Part shown: one piece after another, positions 41,700 through 53,900 of the stretch
Position numbering within the stretch: the stretch's first letter is position 1
How the letters are laid out: each line of letters starts with the position of its first letter
Assembly (NCBI GenBank): GCA_003344405.1
Contig: NOWV01000016.1
Span: 372,001-436,000 of the forward strand
From: Trichoplax sp. H2
Lineage: Eukaryota
Length of the DNA: 64,000 nucleotides
Reading direction: 5' to 3'
Program-made: the position numbers and the translations under genes
The notes under the pieces: model-generated
The model's input: only the letters and a program-made list of their open reading frames with translations
Databases searched by the model: none
Told to the model about the DNA's origin: nothing

Positions 41700-44070
41700 G
41701 ATCAAAATTAAATCTATCATTTTGGTACTTACTATAGTCTTAACAAAAGCTAACGATCTCAACAAGCTTCAATATAGGCACGATTTCTTGCAAATGATAT
41801 CTTTACATATAGTTGCTTATTTTCCATTTCATCATACTTAAGTGATGCAAAATCTTACTATGACATCTAGTAATTCGTTTAGATAGTCTAAGCACCAATA
41901 TCTTTTACTAGGAAGATTAAATCAAATCAATCACATTGCTACTTACCATAGTCTTAGCTAATTATTTTAGCAAGCTCCAAAGGTAGCACGATAGTTTTCA
42001 GCTAGTATCTTTATATATATACAGTTTTTATATATTTTATTTCATCATACATACGCGATACCAAATCGTCATGGATGTCAACATTATATAGTAAGATCTA
42101 TTATATAATAATAGTATCGCTCAATCTTTAGATGTCTTCTGATATTATAATGCAAGATGCTAGAAACACATTTAGTAGTACTCTGGATAAAGGTTCTATC
42201 TGATACTCTACCCTGTGATATATACCGATCACGAAGTTCCAAATTTTAGAAAAATAAGGGCTTTATTGAATCTTATACAAAGATTTACTACTCACAGCTG
42301 TACTCTAGCCGAATACTACCTACTAAAGACTTCTAGAACGAACTAAACAGAATAATCTTAAGTTGCATGCTTTTATACTTTTCGTAGCATTCGCAGCTAC
42401 AATCCGCATTGCAACCTTTTACCTTATTTTACACATAGTTAAATTATTCTTAGTAACACTATTCTACTGCGGACCATCATTAATCCGATATGGATACGAC
42501 TACAGTATTTATGTTGACATAATTCACTCCAGTCAAAGTACAATGAATTAACCATATCCTAATATAGATTTACGGTTCTATTTTTACCTATAACCTTATT
42601 AGTAACTCAACACCTTACTGTATATAGTCATCTGTACTCTAGCATAGAGTCTATACCACTACAGTCTATAGTTATGGCTACCAAATATCTCTTAGGATAA
42701 ATATAGAACTTACGCTACCGTACATTGTACTAAACACGGCTAACAGTCTACAATCACAATACTAAGTTACATTACATACCCATATACCAAAATTTTAATC
42801 AAATCAATCTTATCTTTCCTGGACTCATATTTACCATGATCTATGATCAAGATTAAAACAAAGAGCCGAAAAAATTCTAGAACACTAGTAACAAGACGGT
42901 ACTCAAAGTATTATTTATATACAGTTGCTTACTTTCTATATTACCTATCCTTTACAATATCACCACAAATTGTTAATACAATCTAATGTGACTGGTTGAA
43001 TCATGCCAATATCACTCAACCTTTAAATTTCTTCTGATATTATCATGCAAGAAGTTATAAATATATATAGCAGTCCTATTGATTGAGAGTTCTATCTGAG
43101 GTTCTACATATCTACCCTAGATTGTGATTGAATCAATCTTATCTATCCTGGACTTCTATTAACCACAGCCTATGACTTAGATTAAGGCTAAAGATTTAAA
43201 CAAACTCTAATATAGTAGTAACGCGACTGATTTCAAAGCATTACTTATATAAAGTCATTTATTCTCTCTTATATAATCTATCCACTACTATATCACCACG
43301 AATTTCTAGCGCAATCTAATATGAATAGTTAAATCATACTAGTATCGCCTAATCTTTATTATCTTCTGATATTAACATGCAAGATATTACAAACACATAG
43401 TAGTCCTATAGATTAAGAACTCTATCTAAGATTCTACCATCTACCTAAAATGTGATGGTCTAAATCAATCTTATCTATTCCGGACTGGTAATCATTATAG
43501 TTTATGGTCTAGATTAAAATTAACGATTTGAAAAACTCTAATATAGTAGTAACACGACTATTTTCAAATTATTTATTTATATACGGTTGCTTATTCTCTG
43601 TTTTATCATCCACGTAATATTATATCACCACAAATTACCAACATTATGTGTCACTCAATTTTTAAATTTCTTCTGATACTGTCATGCAAAATGTTACAAA
43701 CAGATATAGTATCACTCTTGTTAAAAAGGGTCCTATTTGAGGCTCTATCGATCTAAGTTATGATTGAATCAGTTTTATCTATCCTGAACTTGTATTTACC
43801 CTAGTCTAGACTAAAATTAACGATCTGAACAAACTCTAATATGGTAGTGGCACGACTGTTTCCAAAGTTTTCATTTATGTACAGTTGCACATTTCCTATT
43901 TTATCATCCATATAATATTATATCGACACAGATTACTAATATAATTTAATAGGACTGGCTAAGTCATAGCAGTATCGCGCAAGCTATATATTTATTCTGA
44001 TATTATCATGCAAGATATGACAAATCCATACACCGATGATCATTTATGATTATAGTTCTATCTAGATTTA
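41700..44070. repeat. Degenerate tandem repeat, ~310-330-bp unit, about 6 copies
   Basis: Recurring landmarks: ttctgatatt.tcatgcaag near 42136, 43030, 43362, 43670 and 43995; aatcaatcttatct.tcc.ggact near 42801, 43131, 43462 and 43766; older copies at ~41700 and ~41920. Confidence 0.8.
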
Positions 44071-46876
44071 ACTTTATCTTAACCAGAAGCATAAAATTAC
44101 CATCTATCTAATAATACACTTTAATTATCTAGTGCGAGTAGATAATTGCTACTTGATTCCCAGAATCCATTTTTTCATTCTTATCGCTTTTAGCATATGA
44201 TATTTTAAGTCCAAGCTAGAGATATTAACAAGCTGATTAACAGCATGATTGTTTTTAAATTTCACGTTATTATGAAGTTAATAATTGATAGACATTTTAC
44301 TTGATATGCCATATCATGACGTGTGCATTATAGCGTCCATGGCAGCTTTGTTATAGTCAATCATCAGTTTATTGTTATCACGATCTCGTGATGAAAAATA
44401 ATTGATATTATTGACAAAGCATCGTTATTGACAACCAAAATAATGATGGATTGTCGATGGAGTACAAATATAGTACTACATGTATTCATATTAGTATATA
44501 TTGTAATATCATGACTGACGTAAATTCAGATTGGTTTTTCAATGCTGGAATTACTTTATTGGCAGTTGTATGGGCAGTCTCGAATAGTATTTTCCTATTG
44601 CAAGTCAATGTGAATTTTTCCGTTATGGACAATCAGGAAATGATCACACTACTTCAATTGCTTTCCAACTGAAATTGGGTTGTACTGGTTTGAAAATTGA
44701 AATTAACGCCTATCTTTCTATACTAATAACCGAACTGGACACATTTGGTCATTCTTTTATACAAGCAATTAATTCTTCTTTCAAATCAAACAGTTAAGCA
44801 GTTGCTAATATTACTAAACGCATGACTTATTTCATTTCTACAAAGTACTACGTCAATAACCACAGCAATTATTTTCAATTTTGGCTGCTATAATATAAAT
44901 TATATCTGTCTATCGTTATTTTGTTGATGATCGACCATCGAGTTATCCTAGAGGCAGAGAAACAAATAGCTATAACTAACTATACTTAATCTTCCTATAT
45001 TGTGCTACAGAGCTATTGATTCTATTATTTCAACTTGAATTGTTGTTGTCTATCCCTATAATGTGGAACAAAACAACATGATGGATTTAATATGTCGTCA
45101 ATTAATTAATCAGTTATTGAAAGCAAAGACGTTTTCTAATAGAATGTCTTCAAATTATATCAACAAGAAATCAATCTAGAATAAATTCCTCCAATCGAAC
45201 CGATCGGTATAATATGGCCCCATTTATATCGGCAACTATTCTATTCTTTATCGTTTCTCAACGTAACTAGAATAAAATCAAAATTCATAATAGTTGCGTA
45301 GCTACTTATAGGGGCTTTAAATCAAACCAACAATTGAAATCGAAGCTCACGTACATCACAACCTATTTTATTTATGTTCTCACACAGTGATTTCATTATC
45401 TGACCACTAATTGCACCGATCGATGTATTCACATCCATTTAATACCAGTGTTCTTATATCCGTGTCCTATTTCAAGAATCATTCCTTGAATTAAAACTCA
45501 ACAAATTGATGCTTCATATATGTCATAAATTCTATCGGTCATCCTATTGCTATCACAATTTTGATTATCTTAATTTAAAAATAAGTCTTGATATATCTCA
45601 ATTAGTCGATAATATGATAATTTCATTTAGATAATTTAAATCATGTCCGTTGTTCCTAGATAGCAATATCAAATCAATTGAAAATATATCAATGAGCAAT
45701 GGACTCCAGTAAAGTAGTCTATACGGAAATCATCTTAGCACTAAATCAACGAATCGAACGAAATCTATCCACATACAAAGTCTGTGATAATTTTACTAAC
45801 TTTCATCGTTTCTTAATAATGCTTGTAGAAAACAAAACTGATCATAGTAGAATGCTTTAGTTCAAATTTTTGTAACTTAATATCCTGTATAATTCTCTTT
45901 AACAGAGTTACTCTGCATGGAATTATTACCAGCTATATGCAAACTCTATTCGTTTCAACTGTTATTGATAACGAATAACCACGAAAATCAAATTCACATT
46001 TAAGATACAAGTATAGTTTGCTTTTCATAGCTGAAATGATTAAAATAGAAAATTATTCATTATTCTAGCCCATATCAGCTTAAATTAAGGCTTACCGGTA
46101 GTTACAGCGACGCAGTACGTATTCTATAACTTACACCCTTTTCCCAATAACTTAATGATCCTATCGCTGTGGCCTTTCAAGGCACCACATTATCAATTAT
46201 CAAGTTATCATATTCAATGATTAGATTATTATTTTAGCTTTCAAATCATGCTACTATCTCATAGATCCAAGGGCAATCTCTTCTTCTGATATTTTGGTAT
46301 ATTATTATTCGCTTTTCTATTGGCTTTATCAGGTGATAACTTATCGCCTCTTCATCTTACCTTCGACTTTGCAAAGTCTTAACCATATTCTTTCTAGAAT
46401 TAAAATAATTCAGATTTTTAAGTGATAGTCTATCTTACTAACTAATGGCATTGCTATTATTCCATCAATAACAATTTATTAATCCCTGGCACGAATCTTA
46501 GGCTTCATTTTTTTACTATAAATTTAACCATTGGCATGAAAAATATGATATCTTTTTTTATCTATTAAACAATTGAAGAGTACATAAGCTTGCACTTTAC
46601 ATTCACAGTTTTGCTTCTTATTGATTTAACAACGTTAATTTATAGCTATATTATAATGCGATATTTCAAAAATCAGCAGTTGTCATTTTATCATGATCAG
46701 GAACCGTTATCAATTGCCGACAGGTTAATATTTTAATTCTTTATTTCTTAACAGTCATATCCAAACATTTCATACATCCTTTTCTCTCTCTTTATCCTGT
46801 AACTTTGACAAGTCTCGCCATAAGTCTTTAGATTACATGCTCTATTCTTAAGACTTTTATTGTTAATTGATGATTT

Positions 46877-46960
46877 TACGGTCTAAAATTACGAAACGAT
46901 CGAATCAAGATTTTCGTATTTTTTTAATAATTCTACGGTCTAAAATTACGGAACGATCAA
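46877..46960. repeat. Short direct repeat, period 57
   Basis: tacggtctaaaattacg(a/g)aacgatc at 46877 and 46934. Confidence 0.8.
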
Positions 46961-47121
46961 TCTTTTGATTTTTCAACCCTCTGTAATAGTGTGTTGGTTC
47001 TTATTATGTTCGGGGCTTTGCTCTAGATTTGATCCTTTCATTTACTATCATTCATCAAAGTTTCGTAACTACAATCTTCGTTATCATTACTAATTCTTGA
47101 AACTACATTAAGATTAAATTT

Positions 47122-47545
47122 TGTCATAATTTTACTCAGTATATAACTTGATTATCGAATAAAGTTATAACAATTCCTCTACGTGAGGTATGGTAGTTCC
47201 GAGAATCAGCACATCTGGACTTTCCTAATATAAATTCCACAAAAATTTGTGAATCTTCCACCTATTTCTTCTTACAGGATAGATCTTGATCTCTACCAGA
47301 TTTATGCCTTCATAATTACTCCTCTATCAAGTAGCCTCATAGTTCAGCATATTTGATTTCAGCGAACCATACATCAAGAAAAATTTACAAACTATAAAGA
47401 TACTTATTGTACAATGTCGCTGACCATGCCATGATGATCTGATTAAGTTATAATAATTTGAATTGACGCTAGACCACTTTATAACTTATTCCAGTCACGC
47501 TTTGAGAATCTATATTATATCGTAAATTGACAGGCTTCCGTGACA
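47122..47545 (-). mobile_element. Possible diverged solo LTR upstream of the CLIP gene
   Basis: On the minus strand it starts TGTCACGG and ends aagttatatactgagtaaaattatgaca; ATTT flanks both sides. The 4-bp match is AT-rich and weak. Confidence 0.35.
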
Positions 47546-47951
47546 ATTTAAGTTAAAATTAATATAAAATCTTGTGCCAGTTCTCAACATCAGGTTTACA
47601 AGAATAACTGTAGGGATTGATATTTATAATCATCTTTTCATTCATTTCTTTAAGTATCGATTAATTATTATTATGATTAATCTATTTACAGTAGCATAAA
47701 TCTCTAGAATAGCTATATATGCCATGATCAACATTAAAAACTAATGGATATGTTACTTTCCTAGAAAGTTTCTTATAATTGATGAAAAATTAATGAATTA
47801 CCATCCTATAAAAACTTATGATTGTAATTAATGCATCATTAGTTCATCATAAATATTCTTTACCTTACGTAGTGCATTATTTCATACTTGTAGTTAATCA
47901 ACCTCGAAAATCTGATAGATTCAGCCACTGATATAGGTAAGTGGTGTTAGG

Positions 47952-50900
47952 ATGCCGGAATTAAAGCCTAAAAATGATAAACCAACCGTTCACAATCTAT
48001 CTCCCTTGCCTGTCTGTTCATTAGTAAGTTTCATGCTTCAATATCTTAATTCTACAAGAATTTAGAGCAGATTCTCTGCTACTAATCCTAAGTACTTCAA
48101 TAATTATCGATATAGTGCAAAAGTTCTGGAGTGACGCGCTTTAACTTCGACTGTGCGAAATGCATGGAGAGGTTAAAGAGGTAAGCATAGGACAATTATC
48201 GATTCTTACATGGGTAACTTTACGTAGATAGCGAATAGCTAACCATTCAGAAAATTCTGATAAAACTTTTCTGGGTTCTACTTCTAGCTCCAAGACAACA
48301 ATATCTGAGCTATTTGCTATTTTACGTATATGGACTTCTTCGGTGCAGCAAAATATTTCAATTATCCTGAATCTTGTAAGTACATCTTATGGGATAAACT
48401 TCTGCAGCATTAATTAGACATATTAGCTATAATAAAGTAAATGCAACACCCTATTCTTGTCAGTAATTGTTATATATACATTATTAAACAGCTATCATTT
48501 ATACTCTAAAATATATCAGTAAAAAGATTTCAGGAAACTGCGTTCTTAAAGAGATGCATTCATAATCGGACATTATAATCTACAGATCTAAAACTAGGTT
48601 ACTCGAAAGACCTGATCTAAGACCAATATTAATTCATATTTAGCACGAATGCAAATACAGTCTTAATGATTATGATAGCGTGTTATTATAGCTACATGTA
48701 TATGTAATTTCTTAACTAATTTACTATATAATTGAAAACATAAAGATTTTCCAACGTGGCGCAAATATTAACGATCGAGACGGACTAACTGATTTAACTT
48801 TATTACATTACGCCTGTAAAGCCGGAGCAAGTATACTTAACATTAGATCTATACTTACAGCTACCTAGCTGCAGTACTTGATTGCCATTATTACAATTAT
48901 TAAGCAATCTGCATATCTAACCTATGAATGAAATATTCTATTTGAACTAGATCATATTGGGGACGAAAATATTGCGTCAAAGATCATAACTGATCTTATA
49001 ACTAAGGTAAAATAAGAGTCTTTGTAAATGACTACCTCTAGATTGACTCCGTGATGGACAAGAGCAGTCTTATACGCTATGGCTAAACATGGCTATCACT
49101 CTTGTACCCAAAATTTCAGGATAAACGTGCTAATCACCAAATATTTTATTTTATAATCATACCGATAATATCAATAGGGAGCAGATGTTACAGCTCGAAG
49201 CCGATGGACCGATATGACGCCGTTACATTATGCATCATTCTTTAATTGCTCAAACGTAATCAATGTATTAGCGAAGACGCTAACTTCTTCAGGTTAGCTT
49301 AATTATATTCAATCTGGCCAATTACGGCATTACTACCTAATATTCTCGATATACATTACCCTGTAACTAATTTTACTCTCTCCGGCATAAAATATCCTGT
49401 TGCTAAATGCAATTTTTACGTAACTTTGATGATTTATGTCTATTACTAATATTTCTATAGAAATAAATGCTAAATGCTCGAGCTTTGACGATGGTACCTC
49501 TCTTCATATTGCCGCTAACAATTTATGCAGGGGTGCAGTGATAGCCCTGGTAAAATATCTATCCTTTCATGGCTAAATTTCATTTACTGAATTTAATAAC
49601 GAAATATATGCTCAAAAACAGATAAAATAATATATCTCATCCAATTATTCTAATAAATGTAGACATTGCCCTTACCCTTTTCTATCTTACGTTTATAACA
49701 CAGTTAGGTCATGGTGCTAATCCTAACATAACCAATAATTTAAATCGTTCAGCATTGGAAGTTGTACCTGATGGTAAGAGAAAGCTCAGAATAACTTTTT
49801 ATAAACTGAGCGGAAAATAACACTTGCTCTATTTATTTTTATGGATACCAACTAGTGGTCGCATTAGGTTCACAGGCTGAAGCTGTCATTATCGCTAAAG
49901 ACATTCAAGAAATGCTGCAATGTGGAAATGATATTGCGAAAATGGTAATAATAACAAGTGTGAAGGGATCTAGGATGATAAAGCCGTTAAAGCTACATCA
50001 TAATGGACGACCTTAGCTCATTTACTTACAGATTTATTAGATGATCTAACGGTATATTTCGATTTGTCTTGTTCTCGCTTAATATTAAGGCTAATTGATC
50101 TCTCTTTATTTTTCTAACAAAATAGAAGACGATCCGGGATAGAATCCGATCACAAGAACGTGAGCAGCAAAAAATTAATAAAGCATTTTCTCCATTGACA
50201 ACTCAGGTCAAGTTAATGATATGTAGATAAAAAAGTTATTGGAGCACTACTAGATACTTAATTGCTTTTCAAGTCATAAATAGGACTAAACCAAGATGCT
50301 ATATAAAAATGAAACTATCGACTAATGACTATACCACTGAACGAGCAATATAAGACTTATATAATTCTAATCTTTAATATTCTGTAAACAGGTGTTGAAA
50401 ACGGATATGAATAAGGAAGTTAAGAAGAATGAATATCAAGAGAAGGTTGTAATACTTTTTATATTCATTAAGGCAGTCAACCTATTTATAAATCCATTTG
50501 AGTATTAAGCGTTAATTTGTTCCATAAAATTTTTCATAAAAGTTCTCATTATGCTACTGATCTGGACATTGAATAATAATTCCTCAGATTTTGCCCAACT
50601 CGAATAATAGCCGAGATCAGACAGAAAAATTAAATGGAATTAATCACAGTATATCGCCTAATCACGTTAAGGTAAGAATTCAATCGAATTTAAGAAAATT
50701 TAAGGCTAGAAAGCCACTGTGTTACTTGTAATAAACTATAATCGGTTATAATTGTGATAAATTCACTATTTACATTTGAAAAATCTGGTAAGTATGCTTG
50801 TTCTTAACGTTGACAGTTGAATAAGTAAACTATCCTATTTTCTTTATTTACATTTCTATTTATTCATTTATTTTATATCTTTCGCTAATGTAGAAAAATG

Positions 50901-53900
50901 AGAACAAAAGTGATACAGCTAATTTACCATCCATAGCTAATAATGTTACAAAACTTTTCCACATTGACGTGAAAAGTATGATACTTTTAGATAGCTCTTC
51001 TATTACTGTCTACTTCGTATTATTGAAAACATAAATAATAAGACAGTATAACTTCTAAATTGATATGGAAAAGTAGACAACAGAAACTAAATCTTAGAGA
51101 AGAAATGATCATTTATGTTTTCATTTAAACTACACTTACGTATGTTTTTACTGAATTGAAATTCAATATAAATTTTTAAACTATCACAAAAAGTAAAAAT
51201 AATATAGTACTACCCTGCATCTGCTTTATATTACATAATACAGTATTTCGATAGCATTCATCACCTAGAGACATTAAAAAAAGTAAATTGAGAAAAGGTG
51301 TTAAGAAAAATGATTCATTAGAGCAGGACGAGGTTGATATAATACTTAACAATTCTAATCATACTAAAATTGAATATAGATGCTTAAAGATAGGAAATCA
51401 TTAAATGGTATATTGTTGTGTTATACAGGTTACAATTATACAATAGCTTAGATAATTTATTATAAATTTATGATCATATATAGTACCTTTTAATATAATA
51501 AATATTTATGACTATGTCTTAATTATAGTTATCCATGTATGCGATATTTTTATAATTTATGCACTGTCCAGAAATTTATATCTTATTATTGTTTAAATAT
51601 AATACTCAATTTTGCTCTTTAGACAACCAAGGACGGTAAAAAAAGTAAATCTAGGGACAGCAACAAGAAAATTAATTCATTAGATGAAGATGAGGTAGGA
51701 ATAAATTACTCGCTTATTCTCACATTAATTTGATTTATTAGTGCTTGTATGCAAGTAGAAAAGGACAAAAAATTTTTTGAATTCTATTTCGTATTTAATT
51801 TAATTTCCTATCTTAGGTATCGCCTAAGGATGGTAAAAAGAATAAGTCTAAAGATAGCGTTAAGAAAATCGATTTATTAGATCAAGATGAGGTCAATACC
51901 AAAATTATATATAAAAGCTTGAATTAAATATCGCTACAGAAAATGAATACTTTCAGAACATGTATTTGATAGCCTAATTAATTTCTTCTCTTCAGATATT
52001 CCCTAAAGATATTAAGAAAAATAAATCTAAAGATATTACTAGGAAAATCGATTCATTAGATCAAGAGGGGGTTCGTGTAAAAGCTAACTTTCACGTCTAA
52101 ATTGCTTTAGAAGTACCATAATAAATTATTGGTACGGTAAACGATGAAAAGCATTGAAATAATTTAATATCTTTCTCAATAGGCTTCACCCAGAGAGAGT
52201 AAAAAAAACAAATCTAGAGACGGCAGTAAGAAAGGCGATTCATTAAATCAAGACGATGTAAGTAGATTTAGGTTGGCATTTTCACATTTAATTTAATTTC
52301 GAGTCATCTCAGTTGAGCTACATTGGTTATAAATAGTTTCACTTTCAGGTGAATGATAGAAAATACTTCCAAGAACTATTTCCTATTAATCATTTAATAT
52401 TTAATTTCCATTCTTCAGGTATCGCCCAAGGGTAGCAGAACAAAGTCTAGAGATACTGTCGAAAAAATGGATTCATCAGAGCAAAATGGGGTATGCTGAG
52501 TTTATTCGCTTCATACACGTTTAATCAATTGGATGCCGTAGCTGGAGTGTTCTAATCAATTTTGAACATGATGACAGAAATTGCCTCAATCTCCTTTTCA
52601 TAATTTTGTAGACATCGTCCAAGTTGCCTCCTAACGGTAGTAATAAGAAAATTAGTGATACAGTTGACAGAATTTATTCTTTTCATAATCAAGATGAGGT
52701 ACAGATGAATTATCTAATTTTTCCTCATGGTTTTTTCATACCTATTCTACTAATTATATACGTGCTAGCTTGTGATGAAAGATCTAGCCACAAAGTAACT
52801 GCTTTCATTATCAATCTATTGCTGCAGGAAACTCATAGGGATAGAACTACTGATTTTAGCAAAGGAATTAAGTCTTTAACTCAAAACGATGTAAGACGTT
52901 TAGATTTGCATTCCAAGACTAAATCATAAGATAAAATTTTCATAGAGTAAGAAAAAAGAGATCTATAGTAATAAATTTCTTGTCCATATCGATTAGATCA
53001 ATGTAATGCAATCATTCAGAATCCTATAGAATTCAATATTACGATTAATATGTTAATATCCATTACAGATATCGAGTGAAATACTCCAGAAAGAAAGCAA
53101 ATCAATCAGAACGATCGAAAAAATGCACGAAATGAATTCACTTGATGATGACGTAAGAAAATGTCTATTCTCGATCACTTTATTACTTATTCATGCTTCA
53201 ATAAAAGAATTAAAGTAGAGTAAAATTTCAATACAACGAATGGGAACATTGAATCTATTTGATGATCTTTTCCTATAGATTGTAACTGATCTATCTCTTA
53301 GTGAAAGCAGTAAGAATAAATCTAACGAAACCGTGAGTTGAATTCAAGCCTTAACCTAAGATCGTATTCAAACATATTTTACTCTCACTAAACTTGATTC
53401 AAATGGATTACATCTTGGACTTTGATATTATACAAATGATTTTCGATGCTGATAATCCTTACTTGAAAGAATTACATGGTAGTTTTTACGTAATAGATGC
53501 GCTATATGGTCGCAAACTTGGGCTCTAACGAGCTTAAATACTGAACTTTGATAGCTTAATAATGCTGTCATCTAGTTTTGGCATAAAGGAGCTCAAATCT
53601 TAGCTTGAAAATGCATAAACATACTTTAGCTACCATTATTCCTGGCTTTCGTGAGCTTAAATTCTAACCTTTGAGAGCTAAAAAATACCACCCAGAAACT
53701 TTGGTTCGAAGAAGTTCAAATCTTAACTTTTGGGATGTAGAACTAACTACTTTTAGTGGTGATCAAGCCTGATTTTAATGAGCTAAACTAAAAATAAATC
53801 AAATCTTAGACTTTGAAAGTGTAGAAAAATGTTTAGCTGTCATCAAACCAGAATTCCAGGAGTTAAAACTCTAAGGCCGTAACATTATAAGAAACTTTTT

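Noticed and set aside
24737-44672. Short 60-91-aa ORFs in the gene desert
   Set aside because: Ile/Leu/Phe/Tyr-rich as expected from AT-rich noncoding DNA; many use non-ATG starts; no recognisable domains.
44600-44760. Minus-strand DQMCPVRLL resembling a Crypton/DUF3504 recombinase motif
   Set aside because: A few residues among stops, with no other motifs supportable by eye.
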